From Squatina squatina (lineage: Eukaryota), in contig JARFOE010000004.1 of the NCBI GenBank assembly GCA_031763465.1, positions 8,181,260-8,219,247 on the forward strand: a stretch of DNA of 37,988 bases, in the 5' to 3' direction. This document shows positions 1 through 11,959 of this stretch, piece after piece (positions within the stretch are counted from its first letter, which is position 1; every line of letters starts with the position of its first letter). Under the pieces are notes generated by a model. It was not told the DNA's origin. It did no database searches and saw only the letters and a program-made list of their open reading frames with translations. The translations under genes and the position numbers were made by a program.

Positions 1-572
1 TCTTGGAGCTCACCTAGTATATAACAAGTGAATACTGTTTTTTTTTATGTGCAACAGTTTTCTCCACATCCTTTTAAGTGTGCCACATTATCCTCTTCAG
101 TCAGGCTGGGCAAGATGCTCCAGCATGGAGATGTCTCCATAGAAGCCATCATTGCTATTGTTTGATTGACCCACCAAGAGGCATGTTGCATTGGTTATGA
201 AGAAATCCCTTGCAAGTCAATCAGTTTTTCACTTCTCCTCCAGACAACCTTCTGGAGAATATTAAAAATGTCTCAAGCTCCACCAGCCTTTCAAGGAAAA
301 GCCCAAGTAGGAACTGACTGATTCAAATTCGGGTCTTGCATTTAAGAATCCAGTGCTCTACACTGTAACTACTGGAAACCGCTTCCCCAACCCACTTCAC
401 CCCACCACACCCCCCACCCACCGCAGTCGAATTCTATTCTTAAAAATAGTTTAGCCAAAGATTTTAACTGAACTTACCAGCAATCTACAGTAGAGCTCTT
501 CTACTTAATCACTAAACTCTTGATTCTAATCCTATAAAGAGCTAGGACAGAATTTGAGAGAAGGGTGCTCAC

Positions 573-806
573 TTTGAACTTGTTCTCTGATTTTGTAGGG
601 GTTGGAATGTTGTTCTTCCGTCTGAAAGTAGTGAAATGCTTGCACTGTGGACAGGGCTTGGTGCTTGAATCCATCCTGCTGAGTTCCAGGAAGTAACTGT
701 ACTTGACAATATCGTCATGAGGCAGATTGGAGATGACAGTGTTTTCATCCAGGTATTTGCTGCATTCTGTAATGGGGCATTTTATCTCTGCTCTTCCCAG
801 CTGCAC
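573..806 (-). CDS. RNF217: RNF217 coding exon 2 (end of RING1, start of IBR), 234 nt, phase 0-0
   Basis: VQLGRAEIKCPITEC...SSTKPCPQCKHFTTF...ENKFK. Acceptor gcag|GTG at 807/806, donor AAA|GTGAG at 573/572. In frame with exon 1. Downstream exons were not seen in the window. Confidence 0.95.
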
Positions 807-1000
807 CTGCATGCGAGTAAGACAATGGTTTGGTTAAGTTTGTATACACAGAGCTCAGTGCTGTAAGACAATAAACGGCTGAAAACTACAGGCCAGTTGC
901 NNNNNNNNNNNNNNNNNNNNNNNNNNNNNNNNNNNNNNNNNNNNNNNNNNNNNNNNNNNNNNNNNNNNNNNNNNNNNNNNNNNNNNNNNNNNNNNNNNNN

Positions 1001-1240
1001 AGCTGCCTTTTTGAACCACTGCTCCCACAGTGCTGTGAGGGAGGGAGTTTAACCCAGTGACGATGAAGGAATGGCTGATATATTTCCGAGTCAGGATGGT
1101 GTGTGTGACTTGGAGGGGAACTTGGAGGTGGTGCTGTTCCCATGCGTCTGCTGCCCTTGTCCTTCTAGATGGTAGCGGTTGTGGGTTTGGGAGGTGCTGC
1201 CGAAGAAGCCTTGACGAGTTGCTGTAGTGCACCTTGTAGA
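1001..1240 (-). mobile_element. Non-LTR retrotransposon (CR1/L2-group) ORF2 3' fragment, frameshifted
   Basis: Minus-strand SSRLLRQHLPNP...SFIVTG.NSLP resembles a common shark LINE C-terminus. Tail pieces recalled as belonging to the same family occur at 10321-10372 and 35359-35450. Confidence 0.7.
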
Positions 1241-2153
1241 TTGGTGGTTATCTAATATTTATGATGAACCCGGGCTGGCCAGATGGTCTAATCTAGTACA
1301 TTCCTAGGTTACCTTGCTCCGAGGCGTATCATTGTAGCTTGGCTGCACTGTTGTCATACACTCAGGAGGAACCCACACCTCAAAGGGTTAAGTGACACCC
1401 ACCGTCAGCTCATAAGCCACCAAGATCCTATTTTCCTTTTAACAGGAATTCCATCTAGTTAAGTGATCTGATGCAAGACGCCAGGCTTGCAAGCCCTGAA
1501 AACGGTCTGTTGTTGTTTCAGGCCACATATCAACACACAGATGTACCTCATTTCATTCTCATAAAACTGGAGAATGCAGCCCTCGGTTTGTTTTCTTTCC
1601 ATAATCGAATGCTGACACATGGAGAAGTTCGCGGCTGCCTCGGTCCTTTGAACTGACGGGTTTTTTTGATTCGCATTGTGACAAGGGCGTGCAGCCGCTA
1701 TCTGCTACTGCAGATCAGAAGCCCACAGCGAGGCACTGGGACAGGAACAATGATCCCTCATAACCAGGCTGAATATCCTAAATGACCAAATCAAAGGAGT
1801 CCCTGATAAGATTTCATAACATGCCCAACCGTAGCACTGTTTTACGCTATTTAAAGTAGTCCGAAACAAAAATACTCATATCGTATTAGAAATCAAAGGT
1901 GCGTCAAAGGTCAACGCCGGTCGATTTTAAATTCTGTTAATAGCAAACAATTTGGTTTGAAAAGGGATTTTTGCAGCACAACTTAAACGCGCACATAAGA
2001 TACCCTGGATGAATTATGAATGCGACTTGTAAAACTTCATGTAACAATCAGGGTTTCAGTATCAGTCCCTGTAGGGTTAGGCTCCTTGTATTGTCTGCGC
2101 TAAAGGGAACACCTAAAGTTACTGTTCTGGCAAGTGTGACGGGTGGGAATTAC

Positions 2154-2783
2154 CTGATTGCTGAGGTATCTCTTCAAACACTCCTCGCACACAGCCTTCT
2201 TGCAACACGGAAGTGGTCGGATAGGCTTATCATCCAGGCAAACTCGACAGGTCAACAGAATAAAGTGTTTATACTCTCCGGCAGAAGGGGATCCCGCCGA
2301 ATTAATGTCGATCTGCCGGGAGATATTAAAAGGTTCGGTGCTGCTGGAAGGTCCCAGAGCCGCCTGGCTGGGGGACGGGCCAGTATCCCGATCCGCCTGT
2401 CGGCTGGAAGCAGTCGGCGTGGGTCGGGCCGAGTCGGAAGGGTGAGCGACCTGCTCCCCGGTCTGCTGCTGCTCCTCCTCCTCCTCCTCCTCCTCCGCCG
2501 CCGAGCTCTGGTAATTCTCATTCTCCACACAGTAGACGGTGCAGTAAACGTGCTGTGAGCGCGGCTCGGCGCCGGGCTGGGCGGCTGGCGGGGAGAGCGC
2601 GAGCCCGGGCACCAGCGCCGCGCGGCTGGAACGCTCGCCATTGTCCGGCTGGCCGGCGTTCTCCATTCCATCCGGCCGACGTTCCACAGCCCGACTGATG
2701 TCTGCCGCGTCCTGGTCGCTGCACGCAAGCATGTCTCCCCCATCTCTCACACTTTCATCTTCCATTCCTGCCTCCAATCCCAT
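2154..2783 (-). CDS. RNF217: RNF217 (RBR E3 ubiquitin ligase) coding exon 1: disordered N-terminus plus start of RING1
   Basis: Translation contains QHVYCTVYCVENE and LTCRVCLDDKPIRPLPCCKKAVCEECLKRYLSNQ, matching recalled vertebrate RNF217 (RQVFCSVYCVE..., CRVCLEDKPIKPLPCCKKAVCEECLK). Donor CAG|GTAATT at 2154/2153. There is an in-frame TAG upstream, so the start is ATG at 2783 or ATG at 2765. Confidence 0.93.
2464..2502 (-). repeat. Coding trinucleotide run GCG/GAG/CAG encoding AAEEEEEEEEQQQ in RNF217
   Basis: Plus strand ctgctgctgctcctcctcctcctcctcctcctccgccgcc. Confidence 0.85.
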
Positions 2784-2949
2784 AGGCACAGCTCCAAACA
2801 AGCCTAGTCCCGCATCTGCTTCCGGGTCCTACTCCCCAACCCCCCCCCCNNNNNNNNNNNNNNNNNNNNNNNNNNNNNNNNNNNNNNNNNNNNNNNNNNN
2901 NNNNNNNNNNNNNNNNNNNNNNNNNNNNNNNNNNNNNNNNNNNNNNNNN

Positions 2950-4468
2950 TCCCGCATTGCCTGGCTCGGGACAGCTGGAGCTGCCTAGGTGAAGACCCCA
3001 TATTTAACATCGCTTGGAGGAGGAACTGTGCCTGGGTAGTTCCAACTGTCCTGGGTGAAGACATCTTCTCCCCCCACCAGAAGACCATCACAAGGACTTT
3101 TTACTAACATTGGAGAGTGCACCCCAGCGCACCCACCCAACTGTGTGAGGGGAGACCCCGCCCCTGCGGCCTCCCTCCTTCCCTCCTTCCCTNNNNNNNN
3201 NNNNNNNNNNNNNNNGTTATAGAGCAGGGGTAAGAGAGCCACTCTCCCCAACAATCATATTGAGGGGAGAGGTAGGCCCTCAATTGAGAGCACACACTGC
3301 TCCAATTAACAAATTAAAATACATTACCCAGGCCAATTAAGATCTTCTGACCTGTGACTTTTAGGTGGGTGTAGGTCTTAAAGGGAAATACCACCACAAA
3401 CCCCAACACCTCCCAACATCATGTCGGCTCCATCATCGCCGGTGACGGGGCAGTCGAAGACGTACGCGGGTGTGGCAGCTACAGCCACGGCTACGCCTGC
3501 CACTCCTGCCCCATCACCGTTCCGACTGATGACGAAAAAAAATGGGATAAAGAGCTACACCCACCCCACCATGACCATTGAGGCATACGTGAGGGCCATG
3601 GCCGAGGTTGTCGGCCCCTCGGCCATCGTCGAGGCCTCGAAAATGTATGGGAAAGCGGTGTTCTTCCTGTGGTCGGAGCGGGTGGTGTCCCTGGCCCTGA
3701 GTAAGGGGCTTACGATGGGCGGGACCTTCCTGCCGGTGGATCACTTAGAGGCCACCGCGCAGAGTACTGTTCGATCAATCGTCCCGCCCTTTGTCCCCGC
3801 TGAGCTCCTCCTCCCCCACCTACGCCAAATGGGGGAGGTGAGGTCGGGGATAGCACCAATCCCACTCAGCTGCAGGGAGACCAGCCTTTGCCATGTCTTC
3901 TCCTTCCGGCGCCAGCTATTCATTCAGCTGGCACAGGAGGAGGACACGGAGGGCGTCTTTATCGTCCACCTGGAGGGGACCGCCTACCGCGTCTTCTGGA
4001 TGTCGGATGGGGTGCGGTGCCATGCCTGCAAGGAGGTGGGGCACATACAAAAAAACTGCCCCGTCTCCAAGGCCGCTGAACCATCTAGGGTGGCCGAGGC
4101 TGGCGCCGCCACCATTCCTCCCCCCAATCCCGTGCAAACAATATCTGATGCGCGGGTGATCTCGGAGGCCACTGTTACGAATGCCTCCGGCAGGGGGCAG
4201 GGAGACCGTCTGAGGGGAGGGAAGGTACGGGGAGAAAAGAAACATCTTCGTGAGGCGAGTCCCCTCCCTAACATTGATGACGTCATAGCCGCGCTCATCC
4301 CTACCACCACCACACCGAACATGAGCATGGGAGCTTCTGTGCCCGAGCCCGTGACCGCACCCGCCCTGGCACGGAAAATACAACCTGCGGCCGGGCTCGG
4401 GCCCGGAGGCAGTATTAAGGAGGGACCGCAGGCAGGGGCCTCAGCAGACATGGAGGTCCCACTGCCTC
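2950..4468 (+). mobile_element. L1-clade Tx1-type non-LTR retrotransposon, putative 5' UTR plus ORF1, cut by a gap
   Basis: ORF1 homology (next feature). Element ends are not visible because both sides are 100-N gaps. Confidence 0.8.
3421..4468 (+). CDS. Tx1-like ORF1 protein (RRM-like region plus CCHC zinc knuckle)
   Basis: 349 uninterrupted codons up to the gap, with Tx1 ORF1-like motifs TYAGVA, ASKMYGKAVFFL, VPPFVP, HVFSFRRQ and the knuckle CHACKEVGHIQKNC (CX2CX4HX4C), followed by a P/A/T-rich tail. Confidence 0.85.
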
Positions 4469-5611
4469 NNNNNNNNNNNNNNNNNNNNNNNNNNNNNNNN
4501 NNNNNNNNNNNNNNNNNNNNNNNNNNNNNNNNNNNNNNNNNNNNNNNNNNNNNNNNNNNNNNNNNNNNCTGTAGTATTATAAACAGAGATAAATAAACTG
4601 AAATGTAACTCCAAGCTGTAAATTTGGCATCAAGTACAAGCATTCGGCAAAAAAATTAAAAGGGGGTTTGAGCAGGCAAGTACAGAATGTTTTTACAAGC
4701 ACATTTTACTACAGTTTAGTTCTTATTAGCACCACCAAACTACCAAACAAAGCACAACCATGAGCCACAAATACAGCTAAGATATAATGTTTGAGACATA
4801 TTCTACTGCAGATTTGGTTTCCCCATACACCATGGGGCCAACAGAGCGCTAATACAGATAACAAAATCATGTTCCTTTTATACAGGTAGTAACAAAGGTG
4901 ATCACCACAGAGTATTTCAACAGACTTGTGCATTAAAAAATAACAGTAAATACAACTTCTAGCCTTTAGTTTGCATCAATGAATGTAAATGTACATATAT
5001 CCCTGTGTTCAAACGTAATAGCTGCCGTGTACATTAAGGTATAAAATATGTACACAGCTTTAGTGGATCTTAACAGAAGCAGTGGGACTAAGAGACAAAT
5101 CTCTCTTCACTACTCTCTACTACCAACTTTTGTTTGGCTCTTGCCTTTCATCTATTTTTTAAGTGACCTATAAAGGCTTTCAACTATTCATATATACTAC
5201 TACAGCCTATTTCTTCCACAGCTTCACATTTACTTCAGTGCAGGGACAGAAAAAGGTGAAGTGGGCTACTTACTGAAGAGCCAGGGGTATTCAAAGCATC
5301 TCCTGCAAAGCTGTGGTAGCAGTGTTATCACAGAGCGCTGACTCCATCAGCTGTCACTCGGGGAAACAGTTTCAACATTATAAAAAAAAGAAGCCTATAT
5401 TTTTAACTTATTCAGAGATGTTTAGACCTGGATATATTAAGGCAAATGTGCAGCTAGTGTGAAAAATAGCTCACATTTGGTAGCATCATCTAATCCTCAG
5501 TAAAATCATGGNNNNNNNNNNNNNNNNNNNNNNNNNNNNNNNNNNNNNNNNNNNNNNNNNNNNNNNNNNNNNNNNNNNNNNNNNNNNNNNNNNNNNNNNN
5601 NNNNNNNNNNN

Positions 5612-6258
5612 CTGGTAGGGCATGAGGTGGGGGGGCAGCAAGTGGTGAGAAAGGGAAGTAAAATTAATTTGGATATGACCCTGAGCATTCTCGACCAGTA
5701 TTCTGATTGATGTCCCCACAGCTTAAAGGAGTTTTAACATTTCCGGCAAGTTTCTCCTGTTTCACCGACTTGTCCTGTCCTGTCACATTACAAGAATAAA
5801 ATCAGATTGCAAGCTTTCTGTTTGCAAATACCCCAGGTGCGAACTTTTCAAACATAAGCAGTTAATCTAATTTGTTGATGAACAGTTGCAGTTATAATTG
5901 GCAATCTGGAATCATACAAGAGAACTGTGCAGTGAGATTTTCATATTGGCCTGCAGAGGGCACCAATACTTTAGTTTGATCTTTTAGGCATCAACGTCCA
6001 TTTCCTTTATTCAGCATGTTGAAACACACAGGAGGAAGATTGCTGGTTGTTGTGTACAGTTTTAAAACTTTGAAGTCTTTCATATGTCTGCATCTTAGTT
6101 AGGTCTTCTGTTATCCCAAGTCTCTGAGCTAGGCCATCATTCCAAACATGCTCAGTGCTCCACACTGTACAACACAAAAGTCATCACCACCAGATTCTTT
6201 GAAATGAAGGTGTAAAAAGTTTGAAGTCAGGAGGATTTTAAGGCATCGAGTTGCCAGT
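5612..6258 (-). other. NKAIN2: NKAIN2 3' UTR (proximal part; may continue into contig 4569-5511)
   Basis: Lies directly downstream of the stop. An AATAAA occurs on the minus strand at 6006-6011. True extent unknown. Confidence 0.5.
5947..5965 (+). promoter_or_regulatory. Candidate CTCF binding site
   Basis: TGGCCTGCAGAGGGCACCA closely resembles the CTCF core TGGCCACCAGRGGGCRCYA. Motif match only. Confidence 0.5.
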
Positions 6259-6268
6259 TTATTTTGAC
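6259..6268 (-). CDS. NKAIN2: NKAIN2 terminal coding exon (..SK-stop)
   Basis: Minus strand ccttttaatttatcattttag|G TCA AAA TAA matches the recalled phase-2 last exon giving the C-terminus ...YMSK*. Position and orientation are correct relative to exons 2 and 4. Confidence 0.8.
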
Positions 6269-6369
6269 CTAAAATGATAAATTAAAAGGTATATTAATCA
6301 AGTTTTGCTTAAAGGTTCAAGTATTTGTTAAACTTCAAAGAGATTAAATAACAGTTACATTTTTAGCGC

Positions 6370-6415
6370 ATATGTCCTTGCAGGGGCGTTTGCTAGTGCT
6401 GTTGGGGAGGATTTA
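6370..6415 (+). mobile_element. CR1 ORF1 C-terminal fragment
   Basis: Reads VLAGAFASAVGE, resembling the end of CR1 ORF1; runs into a gap. Confidence 0.5.
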
Positions 6416-8518
6416 NNNNNNNNNNNNNNNNNNNNNNNNNNNNNNNNNNNNNNNNNNNNNNNNNNNNNNNNNNNNNNNNNNNNNNNNNNNNNNNNNNNNN
6501 NNNNNNNNNNNNNNNTTTTCTAAAAATCATTAATACAAAAAATGACCAATTTTCTGTACCTTGCAGCTGTTTCTCCCCTGCACAGATTTAAATATGGTTA
6601 TTTCTATTTGAATATAATTTAAATTATAATTATGGTGAACACAGAATAACCTAAATTGCTATGTGGGCAAAAATCAGCCTTAATTAAACCTGATCTGATT
6701 TATTTGCAAGAAAATCCTTCAAGGGGACAAGTTGGGACCAAAAGTGATTAAAAATTGTGTTATCACCTTTTGCAAAAATAAAATTGAATCTAAATAAAAT
6801 GTGAAAATAATTTCAGCATTATTTTAGTGAATTAGAATATATGTTGGTTTCAAGTAAGTCACCTTCAATTGTGCAAGTATTATCCTTGTGAAGCTGGCAG
6901 TCATTTGAATGGTACCTCCTGAGTACACTATGATTTCCCCCATAAAAAAAGAATCATGTCAATGAAAGAGTTAAACTGTATTGTTTAGCTGTCCTAAAAC
7001 CAAGCATGACAAACCCTACAGGAAATAAAATTAACATGTACAAAACCATCAAAACACCTCCACCTCTGCTAGTTTTTGCCTACGACTACACTCTGGCCTC
7101 TTGAGAACACTTTCTGCAGTACTTTCATTATTTATGAAAGCAGCAATCCATAACCAATTTTCCTCCCATGTCAAACTTGTTCTATGTACGAGCTGAGGCC
7201 CTCAGTTTAAAACATTGGCAATTAATTGTACAAACAAAGAAAATGTAAATCTATAACTGCCAAGTGACTTTTCTAACCAACCAGCTTTTATCTGCCTTCA
7301 ATTTCTCAACGCTCGATCTAAATTCCCTCTTAAAACCAAATCTAATTTTCTTAAGATAATGGACACATATTTCCAGCTGTATGTGGTATATTCTGATAGG
7401 AACAGCCTATGTTCTAGGGAAATAATTTAATAAAATCTTACATCGACAGAGATTTATCTTCCAATTAATTGTAATTAATTGTACAGTGTCACTGTTGATG
7501 TGTACAGTAATCTATTTGACTGAAGTGCATAATTCTGCACCATACTGGTTGATACCTGTCCAAAAATCACTGTGCAAATCTAATTCAAGCTGAATAGGCT
7601 TCAAATTTAGACNNNNNNNNNNNNNNNNNNNNNNNNNNNNNNNNNNNNNNNNNNNNNNNNNNNNNNNNNNNNNNNNNNNNNNNNNNNNNNNNNNNNNNNN
7701 NNNNNNNNNNNNTAAAGGTTTACAAGACTTCATCATTAAAAGCCCAGCCTAAAGCTGGGCTATTTGCTGTCAAATCATATATAATTGCTGTACCTCAGCT
7801 TTGTCAAAGGAAAATAGATAATCGATTTTCATCACCAAGAAACAGCAGACAGTGATGTGATGTATGCGACACTCGGTAATGTCAAATGACATTTCATTTC
7901 CAAGGTTCTTGATTGGTGTTAGAAAGCATTACTTGTTCTAATCAAAATAAATTACGTTATGCATTTCCTGGATGAGTGCATTTTGGAAGACAATCTGAAG
8001 AAATNNNNNNNNNNGTTTCCAGTCACAAACAGAATAATGTCCTGAGAATTTAAAATCATTTTGACCAACTATAATTTAAAATTCCACAAGGAAGTAGCAG
8101 ATTTAGTGAACCACATTTAACAGAATTATTTTCAGTCAAGAAAAGATAGTTGTTTATTCCTCATACAATATAATCCATTGGGCTGACAGAATTGTGTGGT
8201 AGTCCAGTTTGTAAGATCAAAATATTAATAACTGTGAACAAAATAAATAAAATCTACATGTGTCATTGTTCCAAAAGCATCTGTATACAATATTACAGTT
8301 TTGTTCTGTATGATAAAATGTGACAAAGTGATTAAAATCCACGCAAGGGGCTAACTGGTGAATAAAGCAGAGGTATCAATTGATACATCCTTCAGTTAGC
8401 ATATTTTTTTCAGATTAATTTTTAAAAATTAAATCAGATAGTTAAAGTCTCGAAAAGACTTATATAAGTTGCCATATCATGTTTGTCTTTACCATGTTAT
8501 ACCATTCAGGAAATATAT

Positions 8519-8642
8519 GGGGCAGAATTGCGTGCCACCCCCATAACAGCTGCGAGGCAGGACTTCCTGCACCTGGCCCCAGCAGCTAATTTGGGTTTAC
8601 CGCCCCGAGAGGCAGTGGAGCGCAAAGTCTTGCACTCCACTG
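8519..8642. mobile_element. MITE-like element left end (GGGGCAGAATTG...), cut by a gap
   Basis: Abrupt AT-to-GC switch at a GGG-N-GAATT terminus resembling the other MITE ends in the window. Confidence 0.45.
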
Positions 8643-9119
8643 NNNNNNNNNNNNNNNNNNNNNNNNNNNNNNNNNNNNNNNNNNNNNNNNNNNNNNNNNN
8701 NNNNNNNNNNNNNNNNNNNNNNNNNNNNNNNNNNNNNNNNNNTGGCGGGCACAGGGACTGAATCCCCAGTGGATTCCTCCTGTCCACCGGTGTTACCATT
8801 GCTTCATTGAACCACCATGGGGAAGCTGGCAATAGTCCCTGGGAAGTGATGGTAATGACCCTAAGGTGTCCCTGTGGAGGGAGAGTGGCCTCTTCTCCCT
8901 TCAATATGATTCTGAGGCCTTCAGTGGGACTCAGCATCTAGTCTTTAAGGTCCGTTGCATGTGCTTCCGGTACTGCAATGCTGTTTCTGCTGAAGTACCA
9001 TCAATATTCAGCTCATTGCTGGCAGCAATCTCACCGGGCTCCCATGGTGCATTTCTGATTCAGGTCACGCCCGGCCAAAATTTCACCGTAAAGAGGACAA
9101 TCCCGGCCCAAGACTCAGC

Positions 9120-9340
9120 AGTCTCTTATTTTAACTCTTTATTTCCCAGTACTTCAAAATTGTGGGACCACTTACCAACCTCAGTCTTTCCTTTCCTCTA
9201 CAACCTTCATGTTTTTAAAACCCAATGGCAGTGTCCCATCATCACTTTTCCAGATTTACTTCATTTTGTAAATCTCTTCAACCATCCAATATCCTACAAT
9301 GGCGTTAGCTCCTCACCTGGGTTTCTCAACAAAAAAAAAC
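9120..9340 (+). mobile_element. LINE 3' end (RT C-terminus plus A-rich tail)
   Basis: YFNSLFPSTSKLWDHLPTSVFPFLYNLHVFK resembles the CR1/Jockey-group SFFPRT..LWN.LP...F...FK motif; ends in caacaaaaaaaaa. Confidence 0.55.
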
Positions 9341-9571
9341 ATACCTACCAATTATTTTCCAACATTCCATGATCTAAGATTATAGACACAGGGGATACAG
9401 TTCCATGGGGGTTCTCCCACTCATCTGACGCAGCTTTGGTGCAAAAGCTGCAGTAACCCCGGAAAATGGGGTAATGACATCTACAAATGTTTTCCAAGGG
9501 TTTCTGTGGCTCCTCTGCCAAACTTACTGCGGGATGAGTGGGAGAACCCCTGCAGAGATTCACTACCACTA

Positions 9572-9841
<270 letters not shown>

Positions 9842-10079
9842 TTAAAAAGCTGTTGAAATGTAATGCACCTTGTGATACAATGAGGTTGTCAATTGCTATT
9901 AGTAAATTCTCAGTTGGCATATATTTGACCATAAGGCAAAACCCTATTGCTTAAATTCTTTCGAAAGTTATTCTTAAGCAGTCAAATTTCACCTTGTTTC
10001 CAAACAGCGAAGGTATGGCAAATAATGGGAAGTATATAAATTAGGAGGCTAGCTTGATTAGCATAATTAAATTTTTATT

Positions 10080-10205
10080 AGGCTTGGGTATCAAGGGGTA
10101 TTTAGCAATGGTGGATCAGTGGGGTAGAGGTTCAGATTAGCCATGATATAATTGAATGGCACAACAGGCTCAAGGGGCTGAATAGCCTCCTCCTGTTCCT
10201 ATGTG
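10080..10205 (+). mobile_element. CR1 3' UTR fragment
   Basis: atcaaggggtat...ccatgat..attgaatggc..aacaggctcaaggggctgaatagcctcctcctgttcctatgt is a typical CR1 terminus. Confidence 0.75.
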
Positions 10206-10380
10206 GTACTGTTTTTTTCTGCAGAGATATTCATGGGGTAGAGCACTCCACCCTCCAGCCCGAGCAAGACAATGTGTGCACACTGGAAAATAAAGCCAAC
10301 ATATAAATTCAAGTTTTTTAAATTCATTCTCCGGATGTGGGTGTTGCTGGCAAGGCCTGGATTTATTGCCCATGCATAGT

Positions 10381-10575
10381 TCATAGAATCACACAGCACA
10401 GTAGGAGGCCACTAGGCCCATCGCGCCTGTGCCGGCTCTGTGAAAGATCTCTCCAATTAGTCCCACTCCTCCTGTTCTTTCCCCATAACCCTGAAAATTT
10501 TCTCCCCTTCAAGTATTTCTCCAATTCCCTTTTGAAAGTTACTATTGAATCTGCTTCCACCGCCCTTTCAGGCAG
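10381..10575 (-). mobile_element. CR1 3' end
   Basis: Minus strand LPERAVEADSIVTFKRELEKYLK followed by a 3' UTR ending gattctatga. Confidence 0.85.
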
Positions 10576-10824
10576 NNNNNNNNNNNNNNNNNNNNNNNNN
10601 NNNNNNNNNNNNNNNNNNNNNNNNNNNNNNNNNNNNNNNNNNNNNNNNNNNNNNNNNNNNNNNNNNNNNNNNNNNCGTTTAATTGTGCCACCATGCAGCA
10701 GTTTGGAGGTCCCGCTGAGGTCACTCACCAGCCTATAAATGGAAGAAGCCACGCATGCGTGGAAATTTAAATGGGCCGTGCAGCCAGTTAAAGGGACCGT
10801 GCACACAAAAAAGAGAACATTGTT

Positions 10825-10992
10825 CTCCGCGTCTCTTTGTTTAAGATACTCCTTTAAAACCTACCTCCATCTGCCCTAATATGCCCATGTGTGGCTCCGT
10901 GTCAAATTTTGTTTTTCATAACACTCCTGTGAAGCACTTAGGGACGTTTTACTATGTTAAAGGCGCTGTATAAATACAAGTTGTTGTTGTTG
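10825..10992 (+). mobile_element. L2 3' end
   Basis: Homologous to 12915-13075; ends aaaggcgctgtataaatacaag(ttg)n. Confidence 0.75.
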
Positions 10993-11959
10993 GGCAAATT
11001 TACAAATCCAGATTTTACTGAGTGTTTTTTCTCATGGTCAAACCTCTATCATTCTTTGTGACTGTAGTTCTTTGGGGGAAATTGGGGCACCCACACAATA
11101 CTAAGCTTCACTAGTGGTAAGTCTTCGGTGTAACTATACAAAGATATGTTCACGAGACAAGAAAGAATTAAAATTGGTTTCGAACTGCCTGCTGAAATGG
11201 AATACAAAACTTTGGAGTTTATTTCTCAATTTTTTTTCCTTAAATGACAAGAATACAACCCCTTGAGCAGCACGAGGCAGGTTTGCTGATGATACTTCCC
11301 CACGCCAAGGGAGAATTAAAAGGAGCACTGTCTGCAGGGCCCTGATATCCCTCCCCTAGCAACCGTTACAGAGTGGCATTCATAGGAGAGCAGGACAACT
11401 GCATGCCTTTGGTAGACGGCGATGCATTTAAAAATAAGGGACAACACACAAGAACTTTACGTTGGCTACGACTCAAGTACAAAGATTTGGCTCCATTTAA
11501 AAGCAGAAACTCAGTAAAACAATTAATTTGTAAAATGTAAATAACTCTGGAGAAATTATTAGGAAAAAATATATATATATTTTTGAACAGAATTCAAAAT
11601 AGACTGACAATTTACTTACGAAAATGAAAACCTTGTGATTTTTGTTAAAGGTTGGCAGATTATGAAATGTGTTTTAATAAAATCTGGCATCGCTTTCCTT
11701 TTGAATCCAAAATAACCTCTGTAATTACAAAATAATAATGTGATTATAATAGTTCCGAGTAGTATATTTGGCTTTTTACTACAAATTAAGTGGAAGTTCA
11801 CTGACTTACAAGGTAATTAAAATAGTTCTTAATTGCAAGAAGTACAATTAAGAACCTTAAAGTAGATTTATGGGGGCCATAAATGTGCGGCGATTCCTGC
11901 CATAACTTCAGAGGGAGTAACTGGTGCGGCTGCAAACTCTACCAGGATCCACATATGTT

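Larger units (their letters stand above)
2150..2850. promoter_or_regulatory. CpG-island-like GC-rich region over RNF217 exon 1
   Basis: High GC and many retained CpGs against an AT-rich background; coincides with the first coding exon. Confidence 0.65.

Noticed and set aside
2016-2558. 180-aa plus-strand ORF with a poly-Leu run
   Set aside because: Antisense shadow of GC-rich RNF217 exon 1; the poly-L mirrors the GAG/CAG repeat.
3916-4643. Long minus-strand ORFs overlapping the Tx1 ORF1
   Set aside because: Antisense shadows of GC-rich coding sequence; one is extended only by N codons.
7512-7519. ttcag|TCAAATAG as the NKAIN2 last exon
   Set aside because: Wrong phase and weak acceptor; 6259-6268 fits exactly.
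7741-7761. Perfect 8-bp hairpin AGCCCAGC-ctaaa-GCTGGGCT
   Set aside because: Isolated and short; expected occasionally by chance, with no context for a terminator or pre-miRNA.
11263-11372. REST/NRSE-like and RFX half-site motifs in an NKAIN2 intron
   Set aside because: Several mismatches and wrong spacing relative to the consensus.
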